From Somniosus microcephalus (lineage: Eukaryota): a stretch of 64,000 nucleotides of DNA. Position 1 is the first letter of the stretch. The number at the start of each line of letters is the position of its first letter. The DNA is taken from the NCBI GenBank assembly GCA_052327205.1, contig CM126209.1, positions 43,152,001 through 43,216,000 of the forward strand, read 5' to 3'. Shown piece by piece: positions 1 through 12,284 of the stretch. The notes below the pieces were generated by a model that was not told the DNA's origin, ran no database searches, and saw only the letters and a program-made list of their open reading frames with translations. A program made the translations under genes and the position numbers.

Positions 1-759
1 CGCAGGAGATGCAACACCTGCCCTTTTACCTCCTCCCTTTCCACTGTCCAGGGCCCCAAACACTCCTTCCAGGTGAAACAGCGATTTACTTGTACTTCTT
101 GCAATTTAGTATACTGTATTTGCTGCTCACGATGCGGTCTCCTCTACATTGGGGAGACCAAACGCAGATTGGGTGACCGCTTTGCGGAACGCCTCCGTTC
201 AGTCTGTAAGGGTGACCCTGAGCTTCCGGTCCCCATCACTTTAATTCTCCGTTCCACTCCCACTCTGACCTCTCAGTCCTTGGCCTCTTACACTGTTCCA
301 ATGAAGCTCAACGTAAGCTCGAGGAACAGCACCTCATCTTTCGATTAGACACTTTACAGCCTTCTGGACTCAACATTGAGTTCAACAATTTCAGACCATA
401 ACCTCTGCCCCATCTTTATTTTTCTTTCTCTCACATGGCAGCTGGTGATCATCCTGCCATTGCCATTTACACTTCATCTAGAGTCATCTTTTGTTTCTTA
501 ACTTGTCCCATTGTCATCTCCTTTTGCCTTGCACCATCATCATTTTTGTCTTTTACTCTCTCCTGCCTTCCATCCTATCATAGACTTTTGTTCTTTCCTC
601 CCCCTTTCCCTGCCCCTACACGTGCTTAAAAACCTGTTACATCTCCAACTTTTTCCAGTTCTGATGAAGGGTCAGTGACCTGAAACGTTAACTGTGTTTC
701 TCTCTCCACGGATGCTGCCTGACCTGCTGAGTATTTCCAGCATTTTCTGTTTTTATTTC
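1..759 (+). mobile_element. Penelope-like retroelement 3' part: GIY-YIG endonuclease remnant plus pLTR
   Basis: ORF 73-348 reads FTCTSCNLVYCICCSRCGLLYIGETKRRLGDRF, a GIY-YIG with the CxxC typical of Penelope elements. It is frameshifted downstream and followed by a pyrimidine-rich tract and a pLTR containing a hammerhead motif. Truncated by the window edge. Confidence 0.9.
656..694 (+). ncRNA. Minimal type I hammerhead ribozyme motif
   Basis: CAGTT-CTGATGA-A-GGGTC-AGT-GACCT-GAAA-CGTT-AACTG. Stem I CAGTT/AACTG, conserved CUGAUGA and GAAA boxes, 5-bp stem II, palindromic AACGTT stem III. Confidence 0.8.
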
Positions 760-954
760 TGAACATGTTGAAGGAGAACTGTAAATATTAAGTAAGTACT
801 GAATGCAACTGAAATGCATTGGAAAAACATGTACACAGATGAGTGAATTCTGCTCTGATCAGACTAGTTTTTAAGTGGCATTAGGTGAAATGAGTTCAGT
901 TTGAATTTGATCGACACACCAAAAGAAAACAAAGATTTTACCAGCATGTAAGAG

Positions 955-1423
955 GGAAAAAGACTTGCATTTATATAGCGCCTTTCATGACCTCGGGTCG
1001 TCCCAAAGTGCTTTACGACCATTGAAGTACTTTTGAAGTGTAGTCACTGTTGTAATGTAGGAAACACAGCAGCTAATTTGCACACAGCAAGTCCCACAAA
1101 CAGTAATGCGATAATGACCAGATAATCATTTTTTTTTGTAATGTTGATTGAAGGATAAATATTGGCCAGGACATCAGGGATAACTCCCCTGGCTCTTCTT
1201 TGAAACAGTGCCATGGGATCTTTTATGTCCACCTGAGAGAGCAGACAGGGCCTCAGTTTAATGTCTCATCCGAAAGACGGCACCTCCGACAGTGGAACAC
1301 TCCCTCAGCACTGCACTGGAGTGTTAACCTAGATCTTTGTGCTCCAGTCTCTGGAGTAGGACTTGAACCCACAACCTTGTGACTCAGAGGCGAGAGTGCT
1401 ACTAACTCTGAGCCACGGTTGAC
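955..1423 (-). mobile_element. tRNA-derived SINE, SacSINE1/DeuSINE-like, near full length
   Basis: Minus-strand head has A-box (TGGCTCAG) and B-box (GGTTCAAGTCC, 1359-1369); L2-type tail AAAGGCGCTATATAAATGCAAGTC; several homologous copies in the window. Confidence 0.85.
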
Positions 1424-1797
1424 AAAGTCTCATAAGCTCCTTTAACTGATGCCATAACTCAGGCTTATCACATTGTGGTCCCAGAGTGTGTCGGGTGGTT
1501 TCAGTTTCTGAGAATGACATATTATTCCACTGGGCATTGAATTTCATTAGCGTGTTGCAGCACAGAAACATCTTTCCCGTCACATAATTACTTACAAAAC
1601 GGTGTTATTATACACAGGCAGCCTCTGCTTTTAACAGCTGCTTTTTAAATTCAGTCTTAATAATGATTAAACACCTAGTAATAGAACCTAGGTTAAGGAG
1701 CCACCTGTCTTAAGCAGATAATTTTAGTTAGACCAGAAAATGAACAACCAAGGATTTTACAATATGCAGAATCCTATAATATTTTACAAAATACGGT

Positions 1798-4223
1798 GGG
1801 CTGGAAATTGCGGTCGGAGGCTTCACGTGGGCAAACGCCTCCAAACCTCATGAAAAGTACGCACCTACCTGGTGCCTCCGTACCTTCAGATTCTTGCGGT
1901 CCTGGGCCTGCAGGCGTACACCTGTGTAAAGGCCTACGTATCCCAGGGGTGCAGGCGGTTCGCAAGGGTCCCTGGGATCATGTGGGCCAGACCAACGAAT
2001 CACAAAGGGGGATTCCCATTATGCTAATGGGGGTTCCATTTACGCACGGAATTCTCATAAGCATAATAGGAATCCTCTAAAAAAAAACACTTTCACCCCA
2101 CTTAAAAGCAAAGAAATGGCTCCTACAATTGTTCAACCACTGTCTGGCAACACACAAGCTACCTAATATCTCGCAGAAGGCACATGTAATAGCACTATTA
2201 AAGCCTGGAAAAGATCCCTCAGATCCTAAGAGTTTTCGGCCAATTTCACTGCTTTGCCACACCTATAAGCTGTTTGAACGCCTGATACTCAATAGGATAG
2301 CACCAACTGTAGATGAGAAGATCATTCCAGAGCAAGCAGGTTTCTGCCCCGGCAAATCAACAACAAGCCAACTGCTCAACCTCACACAACACATCGAAGA
2401 TGGTTTTGAGCAAGGGATGGTAACAGGTGCTGTTTTTGTAGACCTGTCAGCAGCATACGATACAGTGAACCATAGACGTCTCCTCTGCAAGATTCTAGAG
2501 ATGACAAAAGAGATTCACTGAACAGAGCTGTTAGAAAGCATGCTTCAGAATCGCCGGTTCTATGTTGAACTAGGTGGGAAGCGCAGCAGGTGACGTATTC
2601 AGAAGAATGGTCTTCCTCAGGGAAGCGTGCTTGCATCGCTGCTGTACAACATCTACACGAATTACCAACTTATAGACGGTGTTACACGCCATTTTATATA
2701 TGCTGATGACTTATGTGTCACTGCCCAAAGCACTGATTTTAACACCGTGGAGAAAACGCTTTCTGAGGCCTTGGAGGGACTAAAATCCTACTATGAAGAA
2801 AACCACCTTCGTGCAAACCCATCAAAGACGCAAGTTTGTGCATTCCACCTCAGAAACCATGAAGCCAAACGCCAGCTGAAAGTAACCTGGTGTGGAGCAA
2901 CACTGATGCATTCTGAGCACCCTATCTACTTAGGAGTCACCCTTGACCGATGCCTCACCTTCAAGAACCACATCGAGAAGACAAAGGCAAAAGTGAGCGT
3001 ACGAAACAACATCCTGAATAAGCTCACTAACACAAGATGGGGAGCAAGCCCGAAAACATTGTGAACCAGTGCACTTGCTCTTTGCTATTCCACTGCCGAA
3101 TATGCCTGCCCTGCATGGGAAAGGTCTACTCATGCCAAGAAGACGGATGCCGTTCTGAATGCAAGCTGCCGATTTATCACAGGTTGCTTAAAACCAACAA
3201 ACACCAACAGCCTATATATCCTGGCGGGTATCGCTCCCCCTGATATAAGAAGAACGGTAGCCAGCAAGAAAGAACGACTCCGTCAAACATCAGATGAGAG
3301 ACACCCTCTGCATTGTCATACACCTACATCCAGCCGCCTAAAGTCAAGAAAGACCTTCATGAACAGTGTTGTTCCATTACAATCAACCTCATCTGAAGCC
3401 CGCATCGCCTTGTGGAAAGACCGGCTCGCCAGTCTTGAACAACCCCCAGCGATGGAAATTTTACTTGATGAAAGCCTTCCCCCAGGAGCTAATTGCAACT
3501 GGACAACCTGGAAGTGCCTTAACAGACTTAGGACCGATGTAGGTTGCTCAAAGGTGTCACTAAGCAAATGGGGATATTCAACCAGCCCGACAACTTGTGA
3601 ATGTGGAACTGAGGCACAGACTATGCAACATCTCCTGCAATGCCCATCGTTAGAGGAACCCTGCACTGTTGCAGGTCTTGCCGAATTCAACAACAAGGCG
3701 CAAAAATGTGTCCAGTTCTGGCTGGGCTATGTATAGACTGTCCGTGGACACGATAAGAAGAAGACCCCACTTAAATAAAAATAAATAATCACATGTTCAT
3801 AATTAATTAAAATATCATTTAATTAAACATTTAAAACAAAAATTTAATTTTTTGAAAAATAAATTGAAACATTTTTAAAGGGGCCCAAAATAACCTAAAC
3901 TAATTTTAAAGGTTTTTGAATGTTTAAATCATTTAAAAAAATTATTTTAATATTTATTTAAACCCATATGCTGGTAAAGGGCCTTACGCCTGCTTTTACC
4001 AGGCGAAAGGGTTTTGAGGGCATTCGCTGGGCAAATAGCCCAACTCTCCGCCAGTGAATGTCTGTTTCCTGTGGATGCGGATGATCTTTGAAGCTGAAAC
4101 TTGACAGATCGCAAGTTCCAGGTTTTCACGCATGTGCGTCGCATGCGGAAACCCGGAACTGCGGGGCACTTACGACCGCGTGCGCTGTGCATTCGTGGTC
4201 ATAGGCCCCGGATAATCTGGGCC
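1798..4223. mobile_element. GC-rich non-autonomous DNA element (Harbinger-like ends) interrupted by an RTE-X insertion
   Basis: Starts GGGCTGGAAATT and ends ATAATCTGGGCC (imperfect TIR); local inverted repeats; both flanks continue the same TACAATAT-like low-complexity tract. Confidence 0.5.
2107..3763 (+). mobile_element. 5'-truncated RTE-X-type LINE (RT and C-terminal region), pseudogenised
   Basis: One reading frame to 3736 with three in-frame stops (2519, 2590, 3062). Motifs FRPISLL, EQAGF, FVDLSAAYDTV, GLPQGSVL, YADD, YLGV and C-terminal CECG..QTMQHLLQCP. (AAG)n tail; 12-bp TSD ACCCCACTTAAA at 2095-2106 and 3764-3775. Confidence 0.92.
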
Positions 4224-4425
4224 AGTATCTCACAATATACAATATCCTACAAGACATAGTATTCTACATTATATATTCTACAGTATCCTACAATATCCAA
4301 TGATATGTAGTATATATATGTATATATAATTCTCTATAATACAATATACAATATTCTGCAGTATATATCTTGCAATATGCAGACTCCTACTTCTTGCGAT
4401 ATATAGTGACCTACAATATATAAAC
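4224..4425. repeat. Degenerate AT-rich low-complexity repeat (TACAATAT/TATCCTACA-like)
   Basis: Recurrent CTACAATAT and TATATA units visible directly. Confidence 0.6.
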
Positions 4426-5624
4426 TGGTATGTTTTTGCCTAGGTGTTTTACATGACACCACTCATGAGAACATAAGAAAATATGAAATAAGATAAAGCC
4501 ATTGGACCCATCAAGCCTGTTGCTTCCACAAACCATGTAAATCCAAGCTAAACATCAACCGACAGAGGTGCTTTGGTCTCGGTTGTCTATCTGTACCAAA
4601 CTGTTGTCTCCCTCTAGATTTCAAATAGGCAATTAACCCACACGCAAAGTATATTTTAAATATACATTCTTAAATATGTCCCATGAATGACCCCATGAAT
4701 CTCCTGCTTAAGTACATAAGTTGGAGCTAATAAATCTTAAATAGTGTTGTAATGTTGCAATGCTATAGAAGATAATACATTTCACTTTGTCCTCGGGATA
4801 TGGGTGACACTGGCAAAGCCATATTTATTGCCCATCACTAATTGCCCTGATCAGGTGGTGGTGGTGGTCTTTCTTTTTGGATCTCTAAAATCCTTGTGAT
4901 GATGGTAGTTACAAGAGAAATGCCCCAAGAATTGCCTTCAACGTGTCCTCAAAATGGAGTCAGTAGTCAGACTGAATGCTGGAAAAGGAATGGGCTAATG
5001 CTAATTAAATCATGGAAGCTTATACAAAGAAAACATTCCTTACCATGGACAGAAGCCAAGCCATCAAGACCACAGACCCAAAGAAGCTAGGGAGTAAATG
5101 GGTAACCTGGAATATCTAGATGCCAGTGCTTCATTGATGTGGAGATTATCTGGGGTACTAACAGAGCTATGTGAGGTGATTGACATCTGAAGGGCTGAAC
5201 TCTTCTAACACATCTGTCATCTAGATTGGTTAACAGATTTGAGGAAGTTTCATTGGAAATTAAGGATATACAAGATGATGTTTTGGACACTGAAGTCTTC
5301 AGTTCCAAGTCCTTAGTTAAGTTCTCTTAGTAGTTCTTTTAGTAGTCATTGTGGTAGGAGTTGTAAGAGTATTTTGGGTACTATTATGGAGAAGGGCCAT
5401 CTCTGACAGAGAGAAACATTACAGAATTTAAGAATGTATGGTTACACTAGCCAGATATAAGTGTATCACTTAGATATCCAAGTTTCCCTGAGATCAAAAG
5501 GGGTGAGATGTAAGCCAGCTACCCAGATACAGCTACCAGCATGGAAGGTGAATTCACCCAGGAGCAGAGGATCCAGGAGGAGTGGATAGCACCTCTATAG
5601 ACAGAGGCTGATCGTGCTGACATT

Positions 5625-6100
5625 GAATAGTACAGCACAGAAGGAGGCCATTTGGCCCATCGAGACCGCACTGGCTCTTTCGAAGAATAATCCTATTAGT
5701 CCCACTCCCCTGCTCTTTCCCCATATCACTGCAAATTTTTCTCCTTCAAGTATTTATCCAATTCCCTTTTGAAAGCTACTATTGAATCTGTTTCCACCAC
5801 TCTGTCAGGCAGTGATCCTAACCACTCGTTGCATAAAAATGTTTTTCCTCATGTCGTCTCTAGTTCTTTGCCAATCATCTTAAACCTGTGCCCTCTGGTT
5901 ATTGACCCTTCAGCCATTAGAAACAGTTTCTCTTTATTTACTCTATCTAAACCCTTCATGATTTTAAACACCTCTATCAAATCTCCTGCTGGCCTTCTTT
6001 GTCCAAGGAGAACAACCCCAGCTTCTCTATCTATCCACGTAACTGTAATCCCTCATTCCTGGAACCATCGAGTAAATCTCTTCTGTACCCTCTCCAAAGC
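5625..6100 (-). mobile_element. CR1 LINE 3' fragment
   Basis: Reverse complement matches the CR1 ORF2 end and 3'UTR at 54450-54915 (GGCCATTTGGCCCATCGAG...CTGTACCCTCTCCAA). Confidence 0.85.
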
Positions 6101-7049
6101 AGTCATGTCCTGGCAACCAGTTCATCCAGTCAGCTCATAAGAACAAGGCCATATAAGTTTTGGAAACATGGCTAACTACAAGCATATAGACTTTAATCTA
6201 TTCAATAGAGTGGGCATAATATAAACTTGTCCAATTTCTAAGGAGTCAACTCCAAAGTTAACCTCATGAATTTATATCAATCTCAGATACTGATCTCAAC
6301 TGTAAATTTATAATCAGCAAGTAGTTAATGCTGAATTACTGTGACATAACTGAACTGCCCTTGTAACATCTTTTATTTCATCGATCAATGAATCTATTAA
6401 TTATTTGCATACTCAATGTTTTATTGCTGCTAAGATTTTAAGGTTAATAAATAATTGCTAGCTCATGATTTTGTTATCTAGCTTCTTTTATAACTGGCAC
6501 AAAAGGGTTAATTCATTCACTCAGTAAGTACCTTGTGCAGATCCTGATGGGAGTTTCATAGTGTAAATGCTAATATAATCCAAGCAGGTTGATGTTAAAC
6601 AGTTCAGAGAGCCAAGTTTAGGCATCATTAACTCCCTGGCATTGACTGGATGGTAAACCCCAGATGATTCCTTGACGAGTTGTTAATATGAAAGAATTAA
6701 GGATTTATCTGATGCCCTTGATGAATTATGCTTGTCAGGATTTTTACACACTCCCATGATGATCTTAGGTAGGGAATTCTAGGATTTTGAACAGCGGTGA
6801 TGAAAGAATAGTCATAAATGTTCAACACAGTTTGGTGCATGACTTGCAGGTGTTGGTATTCCCATGATGTTCTCAAAGTTACTATTCACTAAAGAATTCC
6901 AGGCCTGAAAAATTACTACAACAGGAATTTTTTAGCAAAATTCTTGATGCAATGTGGGGTAGATTTTATAAATATCAGCTCCCTGTACAGATCTTCGCAT
7001 GTTCTGAACATGACGCGAAACACCTCATGAATGGGAGAAGGCTTAAGAT

Positions 7050-7555
7050 GGGTCTCTTTCTTGCTGAATCTTAAACCTTATCAATATTATGATCACTACT
7101 CCCAACGTGCTCACTTGCATTTAGCTCATCTACCTGACCTATTTCGTTATTCATAACCAGATCTAGCAATAAACTCTGCCCTTGCAGTCCAATTAACATA
7201 CTGCTTGAGGAAGGAGTCCTTTACACAGTTGAGGAGTCCCATTCCTTTTTCTCCATTTACTCCCTCTCCATCTCAATTCATAAGTGAATAATTAAAATCT
7301 CCTTGGACAATAATTTTGTTATTCCTACTCATTTCTCTAATCTGCCTGCAGATTTCCTCTTCCATTTCCTTCCCACAATTTGGCGATCTGTAATGCACCC
7401 CTATTAATGTAAAAGCACTTTTTAAAATCTTGGGCTCCAACCATATTGACTCTGCATCCCTTCCTTGTCGACATCAACGATTCTCTCTTGTATCAATATT
7501 GCTACTCCACCTCCTGTCTTATCTTTTCTATCCCTCTTATATATATTATAACGCA
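7050..7555 (-). mobile_element. Old CR1 apurinic endonuclease fragment
   Basis: Minus translation contains YNIYKRDRKDKTGGGVAILI, AESIWLE and TLIGVHYRSP, the CR1 EN motifs, with decay. Confidence 0.7.
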
Positions 7556-8939
7556 ATACATTTATTTTCCATCCTTGTCCTCGACAGTACCTCGTTTCTG
7601 CTCTGGTTCAGACCGGAACTCCCCCACCCAGGAGAGTGTTCTACACAGCACTTCCTCTCTCAGCGGTTAACATTTAAAGCAGGATATTTTCCTGGGCTGT
7701 ATCCAAGTGCTTCGGATCGTATGAGCACAGCAAATATCGGAAAATTGGGCGGGCTGGAGTGCACAACTGTAGAGGAACCACCGATTACATTTACAGGCAT
7801 GCACTCCAACTTGCCTAATCTTGCAATATGTGCTGTACCTGGGTGATCCATGGACACAGACCCAGGAAAATCTCCCCTTAAATGTTTGTGGGTGCAGGCC
7901 AAGAGCATTCACACTAACTTTCCATTTAAATTAACTCAAGTTAAGTTTCAAATCAGGCTTGTCACTGGACTGGAGTTATACCGCATGTGGTGTTAAATTC
8001 AAGGAGTGGAAGACTACCTGCTTCAGGAGTGCTCACACTGCTGCCCTTGGGACTGGACTCTGGAATTATATGCAACATTAGTGTTTCTGTAAAGCAGAAG
8101 CCATTTAGCAATGATACTAAAATTGCAATATAAATGCACACTATCTCCAAGTCATCCTCTTCAACCAGCCTCTTAGGCGGTTGATACGGTAAGGTTCTAT
8201 TATACAATTATTTTGACATGGAAATGGAATAAGAGTATTCAAATGGATTTGTGGCTTCCTTTCCACCCAACATATTCAAGTGTCTTTTGTTGATCTTTTT
8301 GTTCATCACTATGACTCTTATCAGTGCCTTCAGGATGAAATCCATGTGGTTTTTAAATAAAATAATGTCTGTGGAACTTGATATAGTACAAGCTTCTTTG
8401 CTTTCACGCCTGAACACCCACCCATTGTCCAAATTCAACTTTAAACACAACAGATGAAATAAAATAGATTTTATATATAAAAAAATCCAATGCACTAATC
8501 TATTTGGGTTGTCATGCATACAGTTGTTGCAGAAAAAGCTTTAGTACTGTCACAAATAAAAGTCAAGAATATCTTGCCATTACCCAATAGTACGGCTGAG
8601 CTGTTGGGACTTTTGTTTCAGATGGTTAAAGCTTAATACTTCAGGCTTCACATAATCCAAAATTCAACTTTGAAGTTCGGATTAGAGCTCGGTTTCAACA
8701 ATCTGATTTACTATAAATCTGAATTTCCATTCCTCACTCCTATGGGTTATGCAATTGCACTTCTTTAAGGTGTTACTTTGAAACATGTTCCATTTTTAAA
8801 AACTGCAATATACTTATTAAGTTGCTGACTTGACTATATATTCAATACCAATAATGAACAGATTTGAAAATATGCTGGAAAGTGTACAGGCAATATTGTT
8901 AATATTCACTACATCTATTTCAAACAAAACCTGTTTCTG

Positions 8940-9108
8940 GAAAAACAAAAAAGCAAAAAAGCTGCAGATGCTGGAAAATCTGAAACAAAAACACAAATGG
9001 AAAATGCTGGAAACACTCAGCAGTTCAGGCAGCATCTATGGAGAGAACAGATAAGTTAACATTTCAGATGCTGACTGACCTGCTCACTGACACCAGCATT
9101 TTGTGTTC
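8940..9108 (-). mobile_element. Penelope pLTR fragment with inverted duplication
   Basis: Reverse complement resembles 680-759 (CTGAAATGTTAAC...GATGCTGCCTGA.CTGCTGAG); 9001-9040 is inverted relative to 9065-9103. Confidence 0.7.
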
Positions 9109-10557
9109 ATAGATATTTCTTGGTGCATTTGCGAGTACCTTTTTCAATACATTTCTACAAACAATGTCATTGTAATACACAAGAAGTAAGTCACTGCACA
9201 ATTAGAAATATACTGCAAAACATTAGGACGTCTAATACATTTAACATTATTATATATCATGATATGCTATAATCTGCCAATATATGAATTATGCAATATA
9301 CTACACTATTATATTTCTCTATAGTGTATGCAATAAATTTATTTCTTAAACATCATGGCTAATTTGCATATCCTCCTCTGTATGTCAGTTTTAATGACTC
9401 CATAAATGTGATGTTTGTAAATGTATTTTGAAGTTTTTTAATATAATGCACATGTGAAAGTATTGGCACTATTCTTAAATGTAGAGAGCACCCCACTGTC
9501 CACAAGTAAGGAATGGTCGGTTGGCACTAAGTTCAATGATCTTAAGGTTCAGCTGCATTGCAATGATTGTTACTGGAGAGTTACTGCAATCAAGTCTGTG
9601 TCCAAATGTGAGTTAGACTACCAGAGTCAAGCGTCTTTATATTGAACGCTAGAGTACAGGGAGTGATATCACAATCCATTTGACTCACAAATATTATAAC
9701 ATGCACCTTCACTAATGTAAGATTTCAACAAACATTTTCAAATATAAAAATATTTAAAATATCACAATAAATGAAGCATATTTCAAAATACAGAATTAGT
9801 ATATATTCACAAAAATCTGCGTAAGAATATTTAGCAATTTATGCATCCTAAACTCATTAGTAATACAAATATATTGAAACTCTATTCCCCACAAGGTTAC
9901 AGTCACTAGACTCTCGCTGTCTATTTTCCAAGAGTTCATTAAACTAATAATAAATCAAATTATAAAATTATCAGAGCTTTTTGATCATAAATGCAACATG
10001 TCCTGCTACCCCCTTTTCCTCCAAAACACAGGTCAATCTAAATTAAAACACAAATGTACAGTATGATCTGCAGGCTACACATCTCTATTTCACAGTGATA
10101 GCTACCATGGAATAACATTTCAACCAGAAGTACATTCCCACATTCCCTGAAGTCAGCTTTATTAGTTAACATCCCTCCCCTGGTCTGCAGCATCTCCAGT
10201 TAAACAGTGGAAAACTACAAATATTGACAACTTCATAATAACCATTAACATCTGTTGTAAAGGAGCAGCATCTCAGATTTAAAAACTGTGGTTTCTGAGG
10301 CCATTTTCCTTAAAAGCAGACATTCTAAGATCTAGATTTCTACCATGAATGGGGGAAAACATTTTTTTATGCAAGTTTCAGACATTTTGGAACAGTTTTT
10401 AAATGTAGATCTTTTTATTAAATTCATATTTTATTTTGAAAGCCTACGTGGTATATGTGTGATACACAATAACCGTGGGCTGCTCTCATTTCATAAAAAG
10501 GGATTTTTAAAAAATTCTTGCTTCTGACCTTCCTCAGTCTGAAATGTGAGTACGTAC

Positions 10558-10635
10558 CTCTCCTCGCTGCTGCTTTGCCTGCCAGATTGCTGCGTTCCTC
10601 TGTAGGCCGCTGCTGGTTTCCCCACCAAGCCCCCG
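10558..10635 (-). other. Candidate 78-nt alternative (cassette) exon of the CtBP gene
   Basis: Acceptor TTCTTGTTATTTTTTAAAG|, donor GAG|GTACGT, length 78 (multiple of 3), open in phase 1, GC-richer than flanks. Confidence 0.35.
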
Positions 10636-11442
10636 CTTTAAAAAATAACAAGAACATAAGGCTCCTACAGTTTGACAATATACATTTTTCATTGTAATTG
10701 GGGGCGAGGGATGGGGAAGTAGTTTTTTTTTTAAACTGTTGATTCTCTAGCTTGTTATATACAAACACGCATACACACACCTCTGTTATGCAGGAAGCTT
10801 GAATTTTGTTTTGAAATCATGCTATATTCTCACATGCTGCAGCTGTAACTTTAATAAAGCACCAACACTTTCTCTTAACTGATCTTCTCTATAGCACATT
10901 CAGACAGACACTCAGTTTGGGGTTGAGAGGATGTCACATAACAAGAATGTCAAAGCACATAATGGCAATTATAATTCATGTAACAAAGGCATGTTTATTC
11001 AAATGAAGAATTTTTAAAACAAATCATGTTTTAACATTTTATTTTTCTATCACAATTATTAAAAGTAGTTATTAAAAGCAGGTTAACAAAGCCATAAAAA
11101 GTACAAACAAAGCACTGGGGTTCATTTCCAGTGGAACAGCATTCAAAAGCAGAGAAGTTATGTTAAACTTATATGGAACCTTGGTTAGACCACACAGAGT
11201 ACTGTGCACAGTTCTGGTCTCCATATTACAAAAAAGGATATAGAAGCACTGGAGAAAGGGCAAAAAAGATTTACACAGTTGATACCAGAACTGAGGGGGT
11301 ACAACTATCAGTAAAGACTGAACAGGCTGGGACTCTTTTCTCTAGAAAAGAGAAGACTGAGAGGTGATCTGATAGAGGTCTTTAAAATTATGACGAGGTT
11401 TGATAGGGTAGACATAGAGAAGATGCTTCCACTTGTGGGGGA

Positions 11443-11746
11443 ATGTAAGAAGTCACACAACACCAGGTTATAGTCCAACAGTTTTATTTGAAATCACAAG
11501 CTTTCGGAGCGCTGCTCCTTCGTCAGGTGAAGTGGAGAGATGCATAAAGACACAGCTTATATAGTCAGAGAATAATGCCAGATGATTACAGGTAATCTTT
11601 CTAACTGCCATTTATCACACCTCGGCAGAGAGATAATCACAGCGATCAAAGGTGTGAATGGTGTCCAAACAGGTTGGACTATAACCTGGTGTTGTGTGAC
11701 TTCTTACATTTGTCCACCCCAGTCCAACTCCGGCATCTCCACATGA
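11443..11746. mobile_element. Short Penelope-type insertion (inverted pLTR plus tail) with TSD
   Basis: 12-bp direct repeat ACTTGTGGGGGA at 11431-11442 and 11747-11758; 38-bp inverted repeat 11442-11479 / 11673-11710; contains a hammerhead motif. Confidence 0.85.
11494..11530 (-). ncRNA. Minimal type I hammerhead ribozyme motif (second family)
   Basis: Minus strand TCAC-CTGACGA-A-GGAGC-AGC-GCTCC-GAAA-GCTT-GTGA. Stem I TCAC/GTGA, perfect 5-bp stem II, palindromic AAGCTT stem III. Confidence 0.8.
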
Positions 11747-12284
11747 ACTTGTGGGGGAGACCAGGACTAAGAGAATATATAAATATATAAGATGGTCACT
11801 ACTAAATCTAGAAAGAATTTCCAGAGAAACTTCTTCACTTAGAGAGTGGTGAGAATGTGGAACTTGCTTACCACGTGGAGTGGTTGAGGCAAATAGCATA
11901 GATGCATTTAAGGGCAAGATAGATAAATACATGAGTGAGAAAGGAATAGAAGGATATGTTGATAGGGTGAGAAGTAAATAGAGTGGAAGGAGGCTTGTGT
12001 GGAGTATAAACACTGGCATAGAGTGACTGGGCCGAATGGCCTGTTTCGGTGCTGTAAATTCTATGTGCAATTGGTGCAAATAGAACATCCAATGTAGTAC
12101 AGTGCTCAATTAGCCCAGTCCTGAGGAAAACCTTTACTAATAACCAGTTAACTCTCCATGCACATCTATGTGAAGCATGCTTATTGACACTATCTGTACA
12201 AGCTTGTGTTTGCAATCAGAACAAAATGTCTCAGGGACCCAACGGAAAAGCATTACACTCGTGAAATAGTATTTTTGTTTTCGT

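Larger units (their letters stand above)
11080..12065 (+). mobile_element. CR1 LINE 3' fragment interrupted by a Penelope insertion
   Basis: EYCAQFWSPYYKK, LFSLEKRRLRGDLIEVFKIM, NFFT.RVVRMWN motifs; 3'UTR GGGCCGAATGGCCTGTTTC. Confidence 0.9.

Noticed and set aside
1340-1423. tRNA-like sequence (also 15420-15485, 19530-19588, 39995-40037)
   Set aside because: These are SINE heads attached to SINE bodies, not tRNA genes.
7430-8519. Cluster of 70-140 aa ORFs on both strands, including LKCLWVQAKSI
   Set aside because: No recognisable domain or consistent splice structure. Part is antisense to a decayed CR1 EN, and the short motif only weakly recalls a CR1 ORF2 start.
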